A stretch of 32,000 nucleotides of DNA, taken from NCBI RefSeq assembly GCF_000315565.1, contig NZ_JH992901.1:5837923-5869922 (forward strand). Direction: 5' to 3'. Source of the DNA: Mastigocladopsis repens PCC 10914 (lineage in GTDB: Bacteria > Cyanobacteriota > Cyanobacteriia > Cyanobacteriales > Nostocaceae). The notes under the pieces are model-generated. The model saw only the letters and a program-made list of their open reading frames with translations. It had not been told where the DNA came from and ran no database searches. Of the stretch, positions 1 through 7,199 are shown in pieces (positions within the stretch are counted from its first letter, which is position 1; every line of letters starts with the position of its first letter). Position numbers and translations under genes: made by a program.

Positions 1-104
1 AAGCGTGGATGCCAACGAGAAAGGGGGCTGATTTGAATTTTGGATCTTCTCCTTGGCGATTTTGGCTTTTTCTGCTTGTTACCCTGTAATTCAGGAATCC
101 TCAT
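1..104 (-). CDS. mreD: Possible 5' end of the rod-shape protein MreD gene (partial, runs off the window)
   Basis: A minus-strand ATG at 104..102 lies 3 nt after the mreC stop (110..108). The frame is open to the window edge (MRIPELQGNKQKKPKSPRRRSKIQISPLSRWHPR...). The position fits the canonical mreB-mreC-mreD order. Only 34 codons are visible and they carry no diagnostic motif. Confidence 0.35.
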   Translation of the reverse strand, partial: MRIPELQGNKQKKPKSPRRRSKIQISPLSRWHPR

Positions 105-107
105 TGT

Positions 108-917
108 TTAATTAGATGTTTCTAACTGTTGATTTGCAGAACCGATATTTTCTGACTGCGGGTTTTCTGGCTTGGGATAGACCGTCACCCAATCTAAAGA
201 GCGTATTGGCGGAAAAAGTTCCACTTTCGCTACTGATGCTGGAAGTTTCTTCAAATCCAGCGACTTCACCCGTCCTACAGCCAATCCTGAGGGAAACTTC
301 TGACTGTAGGTAGATGTAGCAACAAAGTCCCCTGGTTTCACATTTGGGACTTTTTCATAAAACTCCAGGACTGCTTCAGCAGAGGAATCTCCCCGCAAAA
401 CACCCTTTGCCCCTGTACGACTCACTGTTACACCCACTTGACTTTTAAGGTCACTAATTAATAGCACGCGGCTGGTATTAGGAGTCACACTTTCCACCAA
501 ACCTACTAATCCACCATCAGCCTTAACGACATAACCTTCCTGGATCCCTGCAAGGCTTCCACGATTGAGAGTCACTTGTTGCCACCAGTTGTCAGCACTC
601 CGTGCCATGACTCGCGCTGGAATTGGGCGCGATGAGAGAGGTTCTTTCTCCACATAGCCCAATAACTCTTTTAACTTTTTATTTTGGCTTTCCAGTTCTA
701 CAAGCTGGGTTTGCAGTTCTAAAAACCGGGCATCCCTAAGGCGTTCTTCTTGAACTGGTGGTGTTTGTAACATCTGGATTGGACGCGTAACACCCTGGTA
801 TATCTCAAGCAGAATAGCACCTTGAGTCTGTCTAAGTACCCAGGCACTCCCAACGACTAAGCCTAGCAACCCTATTTGTAATCCTCTACGCTCCCACCAG
901 CGACGTGCCGTAAACAT
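108..917 (-). CDS. mreC: Rod shape-determining protein MreC
   Basis: 269-aa ORF directly downstream of mreB. It has an N-terminal TM segment, a coiled-coil region (LELQTQLVELESQNKKLKELL) and a beta-rich C-terminal part (GYVVKADGGLVGLVESV...SRVLLISD) typical of MreC. Confidence 0.85.
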   Translation of the reverse strand: MFTARRWWERRGLQIGLLGLVVGSAWVLRQTQGAILLEIYQGVTRPIQMLQTPPVQEERLRDARFLELQTQLVELESQNKKLKELLGYVEKEPLSSRPIPARVMARSADNWWQQVTLNRGSLAGIQEGYVVKADGGLVGLVESVTPNTSRVLLISDLKSQVGVTVSRTGAKGVLRGDSSAEAVLEFYEKVPNVKPGDFVATSTYSQKFPSGLAVGRVKSLDLKKLPASVAKVELFPPIRSLDWVTVYPKPENPQSENIGSANQQLETSN

Positions 918-997
918 AAAAAACCTTTTCTAGCCGTAATATTACTTAAGATATTGGATTCTATACAGAACCCAATATCTGAATCTTGCTGAGTTTG

Positions 998-2041
998 CTA
1001 CATATTGCGAGAACGTCCGCTGAAAACTCTTTCCAGCTGTTTGAAATTTTCTAAAACACGACCTGTTCCCAGTACAACACAGCATAATGGGTCAGCAGCA
1101 ACGTGTGTCACAATTCCCGTTTCATGACTAATCAGTGTATCCAACCCTTTAAGCAGGGCACCTCCACCAGCTAGCATAATTCCTCGGTCAATAATGTCTG
1201 CTGCTAACTCTGGAGGGATGCGTTCCAAAGTCCGCTTCACCGCTTCGATAATCACCAACAAAGGTTCCGACATACTTTCACGAATTTCTGGTCCTTTGAT
1301 TGTGACAGTTCGTGGTAAACCAGAAAGCAGGTGCAAGCCTCGGACTTCCATCATTGCATCATCATCATCATGAGTGGGATATGCCGAGCCAATACGAATC
1401 TTGATATCCTCAGCAGTACGTTCCCCTATTACCAAGTTATGAACTTTTTTCATATACTGCATGATCGCTTCAGTCAGTTCATCTCCTGCAATACGTACTG
1501 ATTCAGAAAGCACTGTCCCTTGGAGACTCAGTACAGCAACTTCTGTTGTGCCACCACCGATATCAATTATCATATTGCCCGTTGGTTCAGCTACAGGTAA
1601 TCCTGCCCCAATTGCTGCTGCCACAGGCTCATCAATTAAGTAAACTTCTCTTGCCCCAGCTTGAGAAGCCGCATCCATGACAGCTCTTCTCTCTACTCCT
1701 GTTACCCCACTGGGAATACCAATGACAATTCTAGGTAATACGAGTGATTTGCCCTCATTTACTCTCTGGATAAAGCTTTTGAGCATAAGCTCGGCTGTAT
1801 CGAAGTCAGCGATTACACCATCGCGCAAGGGGCGCAGCGCAACCACATTCCCAGGTGTCCGACCGAGCATTTTTTTAGCCTCTTCTCCAACGGCTAGCGC
1901 GACCTTTTCGTTTTGGTCAATCGCTACCACTGAAGGTTCTTGCAGAACAATGCCTTTACCTGATACGTAAACGAGGGTGTTAGCGGTACCAAGGTCGATA
2001 CCCATATCCCGCGATAAGGAAAACTTACTAAAAAGGCCCAC
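998..2041 (-). CDS. mreB: Rod shape-determining actin-like protein MreB
   Basis: 347-aa ORF with the actin/Hsp70-fold motifs of MreB (GIDLGTANTLVYV, MIIDIGGGTTEVAV, IMLAGGGALLKGLD). Confidence 0.97.
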   Translation of the reverse strand: MGLFSKFSLSRDMGIDLGTANTLVYVSGKGIVLQEPSVVAIDQNEKVALAVGEEAKKMLGRTPGNVVALRPLRDGVIADFDTAELMLKSFIQRVNEGKSLVLPRIVIGIPSGVTGVERRAVMDAASQAGAREVYLIDEPVAAAIGAGLPVAEPTGNMIIDIGGGTTEVAVLSLQGTVLSESVRIAGDELTEAIMQYMKKVHNLVIGERTAEDIKIRIGSAYPTHDDDDAMMEVRGLHLLSGLPRTVTIKGPEIRESMSEPLLVIIEAVKRTLERIPPELAADIIDRGIMLAGGGALLKGLDTLISHETGIVTHVAADPLCCVVLGTGRVLENFKQLERVFSGRSRNM

Positions 2042-2365
2042 GCGTCTCTACGCCCCCTAATTCGATACTTTTTGACGACTACCGTAAGTTAGAATTGTGC
2101 TGGATTCTATTACGTTTTTTGACTTGAGTCTAGTAAAGTAGATTATGTTTTCATATATTTTTTTTATAAACTTTAACCAGCTTTAACCAGTCTCAAGCTT
2201 CTACTGTTTTATATTCTCCAGCTGTGGAACTGTATCCGTATGGTTTTGGAGTTTCTACAGAGTCATTTTTATCATTTGTCTCAGTAATTATAATTGTTTT
2301 TTATTTAACACTCTGCTAATAACCTATCAATTCGCTATTATGTATATTCACAAGCAATAAGTACA

Positions 2366-2378
2366 CTTGTACTACAAG
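2366..2378. promoter_or_regulatory. Palindrome CTTGTA-C-TACAAG 9 nt upstream of the ssb ATG (candidate operator)
   Basis: A perfect 6+1+6 palindrome identical to the core of 13255..13271. The 1-nt spacer rules out an RNA hairpin and favours a dimeric DNA-binding protein site. Confidence 0.3.
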
Positions 2379-2386
2379 GAATGCAC

Positions 2387-2749
2387 ATGAGCATAAATAT
2401 TGTCACCCTCATCGGTCGTGTAGGAACTGACCCGGATATGAAGTATTTCGAGTCTGGTAGCGTTAAGTGTAAATTGACACTAGCTGTTAATCGGCGCACA
2501 AGAGACGGCGACCATACTGATTGGTTCAATCTCGAATTGTGGGGAAAAACAGCACAGGTGGCGGGTGATTACGTGCGTAAAGGTAAACAAATTGCTGTCA
2601 AAGGTTCCTTAAAATTTGACACTTGGAGCGATCGCACCACAGGAGCAAATCGCTCCACACCTGTCATCATAGTCGATCAATTGCAATTATTGGGTTCTAA
2701 ACGGGAAGCTGAAGATGCAGACGTAGATATGAACCCTGATAATTTCTAA
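2387..2749 (+). CDS. ssb: Single-stranded DNA-binding protein
   Basis: OB-fold SSB signature (MSINIVTLIGRVGTDPDMKYFESGSVKCKLTLAVNRR...WFNLELWGK) with an acidic C-terminal tail ending PDNF. The track ORF starts at 2381 (MHM...). I prefer the second ATG at 2387, which gives the usual MSIN start. Confidence 0.9.
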   Translation: MSINIVTLIGRVGTDPDMKYFESGSVKCKLTLAVNRRTRDGDHTDWFNLELWGKTAQVAGDYVRKGKQIAVKGSLKFDTWSDRTTGANRSTPVIIVDQLQLLGSKREAEDADVDMNPDNF

Positions 2750-2752
2750 ATT

Positions 2753-2941
2753 TGGTAGTGGATAGTGGGTCGTTGTTGGTTATTCTTTACCACTAACCCT
2801 ATGGCTGACGCCACGCCATACGGCGAACGGGTATGCCTGCGGCACGTCTGCGACGTTAGCGGAAGCTCCTCCGCAGGAGGCACACCAGTTACCTGCGGCA
2901 GGGTTACCCTCCCGCAGTACTGGTTCACCACTACCCACTCA
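2753..2941. repeat. Short dispersed repeat (SDR/MITE-like) nested in an inverted STRR tract, copy A
   Basis: A GC-rich block between ssb and the convergent DUF541 gene. It shares an identical 25-mer cactaaccctatggctgacgccacg (2791..2815) and the motif gctcctccgcaggaggcac (2865..2883) with the copy at 23478..23538. Its right end (tggttcaccactacccact) resembles 15260..15283 and 23587..23608. It is flanked by inverted heptamer tracts (ggtagtggatagtgggt ... caccactacccactcac). Confidence 0.75.
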
Positions 2942-3694
2942 CTAATAACTAATTTGCAAAGTCACTGTAGCTTCCACCTGTTGCTCACCACCAACAATGG
3001 GGGTAGAAGCATCTTGTGTTGCTTGCTTGGCATTCTCAGCACGCAAAAAGGGTTGTGGTGGCGGTGGAGGCGCACTCGCACCATTCACTTCAATGCTAAC
3101 CACTTCTTTAGGCTGGAAACCCAAAGCACTAAAAACAGCTTGGGCTTGCTGTTGAGCATCCTGGGTGGCTTCTTTGAGTGCTTGTTGTCTTCCTTGTGCG
3201 ATCGCTTCATCGCTAGCGACAAAACTAATGCCACTGATTTGAGTCGCACCAGCTTTGACGGCTTCATCTAACAGAGTACCAGCGCGCTCAGTGGAAATAC
3301 GAAAACTCACAATATTAGCAGCAGCATATCCTGTGATACGCTGCACGTTATTGGTGTAACTATAAATTGGGTTAAGAGTAATGCCAGTGGTTTGTAACTT
3401 TTCCACATTACGGCTCTTGAGTAAAGCTACCACAGCCTCGGATCTACGAGCAGCTTCTTGTTGTACCTCCTGTGCTGTTTTCCCCTGAACCTCTACCCCC
3501 AAACTGACTTGAGATAGAGTTGTAGGAATTGTCTCCATTCCACGACCACTGACACTCAGGGTACGCAACATCCTCTGTTTCTGTTGTGCCAAAACTGGTT
3601 CGGTAAAACTAACATACACAAGCAAGGCTAAAAATAGAATTTTCCAAAAGTTCCCAGTATTTAACTGAGAACCAGACATAGCATCTGTATTCAT
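2942..3694 (-). CDS. Secreted SIMPL/DUF541-family protein (26-kDa periplasmic immunogenic protein-like)
   Basis: 250-aa ORF with a signal-peptide-like N-terminus (FWKILFLALLVYVSFTEPVLAQQ). The body is typical of DUF541 (RTLSVSGRGMETIPTT...VSLGVEVQGKTA...ITGYAAANIVSFRI...GATQISGISF). The family call is from memory of the motif pattern. Confidence 0.75.
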   Translation of the reverse strand: MNTDAMSGSQLNTGNFWKILFLALLVYVSFTEPVLAQQKQRMLRTLSVSGRGMETIPTTLSQVSLGVEVQGKTAQEVQQEAARRSEAVVALLKSRNVEKLQTTGITLNPIYSYTNNVQRITGYAAANIVSFRISTERAGTLLDEAVKAGATQISGISFVASDEAIAQGRQQALKEATQDAQQQAQAVFSALGFQPKEVVSIEVNGASAPPPPPQPFLRAENAKQATQDASTPIVGGEQQVEATVTLQISY

Positions 3695-4018
3695 TACACA
3701 TTCACTCCTCTAAAAATTAATGTCTGGGGATGAAGTAAGTCGTGGGAAGTAAAGAGTGGTTAGCTGTAAACAACTAACCACCCATTGCTAACAACACACA
3801 ACACACAACACAACACTCAATCCCTAGGCGTTCCTGAAGACGCAGCTAACAGTGCGTCCATACAGGAGATATGTTTTTACTTTGACACGACTATAGTCGA
3901 AAGTCAGAGCAGTTACATTTTTAGAAACTAAAAAAATAGCCTTTGGTTCACCGTTGACTATTCATTGTTCACTATCAACAGTCAACTGTTAACTGTAAAC
4001 AATTAGAGGAGAATATTT

Positions 4019-4432
4019 GTGGCATACTGGCTGCTGAAAACAGAACCAGAAGAGTATTCCTACTGCGATTTAGAACGGGATGGTAGTACAGTTTGGAATG
4101 GAGTTAGCAATGCGTTGGCTCTCAAACATCTGCGGACGATGGAAATTGGTGACTTGGCGCTCATTTATCACACAGGCAAAGAACGGCGAGTGATAGGTGT
4201 AGCAAAAGTAGTTAGTCAACCTTACCCTGACCCAAAATTCGATGATGCCAAACGAGTCGTTGTCCAGGTGCAAGCCTTACGAAGAGTCCCTCAGCCACTC
4301 ACCCTGACCCAAATTAAGCAGGACGGAAATTTTGAAGGTTTTGACTTACTGCGCCTTTCCAGACTATCGGTAGTGCCAGTATCAGAGTCTCATTGGCAAC
4401 ACCTGCTCCAATTAACAGGCGACATGAATTAA
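4019..4432 (+). CDS. EVE (PUA-like) domain protein
   Basis: 137-aa ORF with a GTG start preceded by GAGGAG. The N-terminus (M)AYWLLKTEPEEYSY...WNGVSNALALKHLRTMEIGDLALIYHTG is the characteristic EVE-domain opening. Confidence 0.8.
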   Translation: MAYWLLKTEPEEYSYCDLERDGSTVWNGVSNALALKHLRTMEIGDLALIYHTGKERRVIGVAKVVSQPYPDPKFDDAKRVVVQVQALRRVPQPLTLTQIKQDGNFEGFDLLRLSRLSVVPVSESHWQHLLQLTGDMN

Positions 4433-4518
4433 TTTATCAATGCTTTCTGTAGCGCATCTATAGATAGTTGCTTTCAACAAACTTGTAAATTAAAGGGAAG
4501 GGTTTTCCAAAATAACCA

Positions 4519-5946
4519 ATGCACTTAGATCACATAACCTTCTCATTACCTTTGTTGGCAACTGCAACAGAAACCGCAGATAGTTCACTAGTACTGGCAG
4601 CCGTACTGCTCAGCATAGTAGTCGTTTACCTCGCCAGCAAAATTGGTGGGGAATTATTAAGCCGTTTTGGTTTACCGCCAGTTTTGGGAGAACTGGTAGG
4701 TGGTGTAGTGGTAGGCATCTCTGTCCTACATCTGTTGGTGTTTCCAGAAGGAGGGGCAGATAGTTCTAGCTCTTTGGTCATGACCTTCCTGCAAAGCACT
4801 GCTGGTCTAACTCCAGACGCCGCTGATGCTGTGTTTAAAGCACAGTCTGAAGTCGTTTCCGTATTAGCAGAACTAGGTGTCATCATTCTGCTGTTTGAAA
4901 TTGGTTTGGAATCAAACATAAAAGACTTGATGGCGGTAGGTGTCCAAGCGCTTGTGGTCGCAGTGGTCGGGGTGGTGGTACCTTTTACTGCTGGTACAGT
5001 AGGGTTGATGACTTTGTTTAGCATTCCAGCTGTACCAGCAATTTTTGCAGGTGCAGCGCTGACTGCTACGAGTATTGGTATCACTTCCAAGGTGTTGTCG
5101 GAACTGGGACGACTCAATTCAAAAGAAGGGCAAATTATTTTAGGTGCTGCTGTTATTGACGATGTACTGGGAATTATCGTTTTGGCGGTGGTAGCAAGTC
5201 TTGCAAAAGAAGGCTCAGTAGATGTAAGCAAAGTCATTTATTTGATTATTAGCGCCTGTAGTTTCCTGTTGGGCGCAATTGTGCTAGGAAGTATTTTCAG
5301 TAAGACCTTTGTCGCAATTGCTAAACAGCTAAAAACTCGTGGTGGATTAGTGATACCAGCATTCATCTTTGCTTTTGTGATGGCATACTTTGCTGCTGCC
5401 ATCCAATTAGAAGCCATTTTAGGTTCTTTTGCCGCTGGTTTGGTCTTAGACGAAACGGATGAGCGTGTAGAACTGCAAAAGCAAGTTATCCCAATTGCCG
5501 ATATGCTGGTGCCGATTTTTTTTGTAACTGTTGGCGCAAAAACTGATTTAGGAGTTTTAAACCCAGCCATTCCTAGCAACCGGGAAGGTCTAACGATGGC
5601 AATTTTCCTGATTGTCGTCGCCATCCTTGGTAAAGTCGTCACTGGCTTTAGTGTGTTTGGTCAACCTCAACTCAACCGTTTGGCAATTGGTGTCGGAATG
5701 ATTCCCAGGGGCGAGGTCGGATTGGTATTTCTTGGTATCGGCTCCTCTATAGGTATTCTCTCGAAACCTTTGGAGGCAGCAATTATCATGATGGTCATCC
5801 TGACAACATTTTTAGCGCCTCCCCTTTTGCGGTTTGTCTTTCCAGAACCAAAAACGGGAGATATAGCAACAGAGGAACTGATTTTAGATGATTCTCCAGG
5901 AAAACCATTGGTGATGGAATCACCAAATTCTCAGGAAACGAAATAA
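4519..5946 (+). CDS. Cation:proton antiporter (CPA2 / Kef-NapA type Na+/H+ exchanger family)
   Basis: 475-aa polytopic membrane protein with about 12 hydrophobic segments. Motifs are typical of the Na_H_exchanger family (LGELVGGVVVG, LLFEIGLES, GAALTATSIGIT, AAVIDDVLGIIVLAV, MIPRGEVGLVF). Confidence 0.85.
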   Translation: MHLDHITFSLPLLATATETADSSLVLAAVLLSIVVVYLASKIGGELLSRFGLPPVLGELVGGVVVGISVLHLLVFPEGGADSSSSLVMTFLQSTAGLTPDAADAVFKAQSEVVSVLAELGVIILLFEIGLESNIKDLMAVGVQALVVAVVGVVVPFTAGTVGLMTLFSIPAVPAIFAGAALTATSIGITSKVLSELGRLNSKEGQIILGAAVIDDVLGIIVLAVVASLAKEGSVDVSKVIYLIISACSFLLGAIVLGSIFSKTFVAIAKQLKTRGGLVIPAFIFAFVMAYFAAAIQLEAILGSFAAGLVLDETDERVELQKQVIPIADMLVPIFFVTVGAKTDLGVLNPAIPSNREGLTMAIFLIVVAILGKVVTGFSVFGQPQLNRLAIGVGMIPRGEVGLVFLGIGSSIGILSKPLEAAIIMMVILTTFLAPPLLRFVFPEPKTGDIATEELILDDSPGKPLVMESPNSQETK

Positions 5947-5954
5947 AAATCTAA

Positions 5955-5984
5955 GTACAGACGCATTATTGACAGCGTCTGTAC
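5955..5984 (+). terminator. Stem-loop downstream of the antiporter gene (putative terminator)
   Basis: gtacagacgc (5955..5964) pairs perfectly with gcgtctgtac (5975..5984) around a 10-nt loop, starting 9 nt after the stop codon. There is no clear T-run afterwards. Confidence 0.5.
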
Positions 5985-6080
5985 TCCAGACCTGTTCTGA
6001 GTTTTCAGCCATTGCCACTATGAATACTTTGAAACATTGCTATAGCAATCCTAAATGATTTATGAAAAATCTTAAGTATT

Positions 6081-6150
6081 GTAGGGTGGGCAGTGCTTAC
6101 CGTATTTTGCTGACTACATCCGGGTTTTGCGTTCGCACTGCCCACCTTAC
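6081..6150. repeat. 70-bp hairpin repeat element, copy 1
   Basis: The arm gtagggtgggcagtgc (6081..6096) pairs with gcactgcccaccttac (6135..6150), 15 Watson-Crick pairs plus one G-T out of 16. It has the same arm sequence and architecture as 31489..31559. Confidence 0.7.
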
Positions 6151-6839
6151 GTGTCGTTCAAAAATCAAATAGGAGTCCTATATTACTGATGGAAACTTTT
6201 ATCTCCAAATCTTCGTCTCGTAAAATTAAAAATTTTAGGAGTTTTCTGTAAACACGACCAACAGTGAGAATGTTATTTTTGTTTTATCTTCCTCCTCGCT
6301 CGTCCATCCAACCTTGGATATTTCTCTAGCAATTAAACAGTTGCACCCATAAGTCAATACCACAACAGTAAACAGTCGCAGCAAAGTTATCAATTGGTGC
6401 ATTATTGGTGCGTTAACTACCAGAAATCAAATAATACAAAAAATTCCTTTTCGAATCGAGTGACGCTGGCTGGAATTGACTAATGCTTGGAAATTTTAGA
6501 TTTTAGATTGAGGAAGATTGGTGAAAATCCAAAAAATCTGGCAACTAACAAATCAACACAATCATCCACAATCTAAAAATCTATATCCAATATCTAAAAT
6601 GCCATAACGGCATGGAAAATCATTAGGGGCGTGCTAGAATTTGACGCCACTATTTCATTTAGGTTCTTAATAAGGATTAATACAGAACAACATCTACTCC
6701 TAATGGTAAAACCTTAATAGGTATTAGGTAAATGAGACGTCCTATCAGCCGAATTGGATTGTATCCAAAAGATAACCGATATAACTGTGTCTTTATTAGA
6801 GCAGAAAACGATACTGATGGTACCGAAGCCAAGATGTAG

Positions 6840-6874
6840 GCGGTGATAGTGTGAGGATTTACCGAAACTTTGAC
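6840..6874 (+). promoter_or_regulatory. Conserved 35-nt leader/promoter block shared by amiC1 and amiC2 (amiC1 copy)
   Basis: gcggtgatagtgtgaggatttaccgaaactttgac matches 9708..9742 (gcggtgactgtgtgaggatttaccacaactttgac) at 31 of 35 positions. It ends in a TTGAC -35-like hexamer. Sequence further upstream of the two genes does not align. Confidence 0.45.
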
Positions 6875-7165
6875 CAAAAAAGAACTCAGAACTCAGAACT
6901 CAGAATTCATTCTAAATTCTGTGCGACTGGTTGGAGAGTTGAAGTAACTAGCCTTCCGTTCGCCAAGTGTGCGCGTACGCCTAGCAGCACCGTAGACTTA
7001 GCGCTTACAGCACTGGTCTGGTCGCTTGCAGGACTTCTGTGCGGTATACACCCTGGAGAAAAGAAAAGTTCTATGGCTAACGCCACGCTATCGTTACTCA
7101 AATCCCCCAGTATGTACCGTGGGTTCATTCTAAGTTCTACGTTCTGTATTCTGTGTTCTTCTCAA
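6875..7165. mobile_element. 291-bp STRR-flanked insertion in the amiC1 leader (non-autonomous, no ORF)
   Basis: Aligning the amiC1 and amiC2 upstream regions shows contiguous homology in amiC2 (ctttgac|atcttaacgtctctcatgaa). In amiC1 that homology is interrupted by 291 bp (ctttgac|c...ctcaa|atcttgacggctcttatgaa). The insert ends are imperfect inverted heptamer arrays (agaactcagaactcagaactcagaat ... attctaagttctacgttctgtattctgtgttct). The interior contains an SDR-like motif, ctatggctaacgccacgc. Confidence 0.75.
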
Positions 7166-7199
7166 ATCTTGACGGCTCTTATGAACAGGAGAAAACACT

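Noticed and set aside
2366-2378. LexA box upstream of ssb
   Set aside because: CTTGTACTACAAG contains GTAC, but the second half does not match the cyanobacterial LexA consensus RGTAC-N3-DGTWCB. It is kept only as an unassigned palindrome.
2746-3271. ORFs of 61 aa (minus) and 168 aa (plus) across the ssb-DUF541 spacer
   Set aside because: They run through the dispersed repeat and antisense to the DUF541 gene, and their composition is not protein-like.
4626-5642. Two long minus-strand ORFs (203 aa and 134 aa) antisense to the antiporter gene
   Set aside because: They lie entirely within the well-supported 475-aa antiporter CDS. Their products are low-complexity (Thr/Ser/Ala/Pro-rich), as expected for the antisense frame of a Gly/Ala/Val/Leu-rich membrane protein.
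6850-6863. Possible NtcA site in the conserved amiC leader block (tgtgaggatttacc)
   Set aside because: The GT(G) and TAC halves are separated by 6 nt, not the 8 nt of the GTA-N8-TAC consensus.
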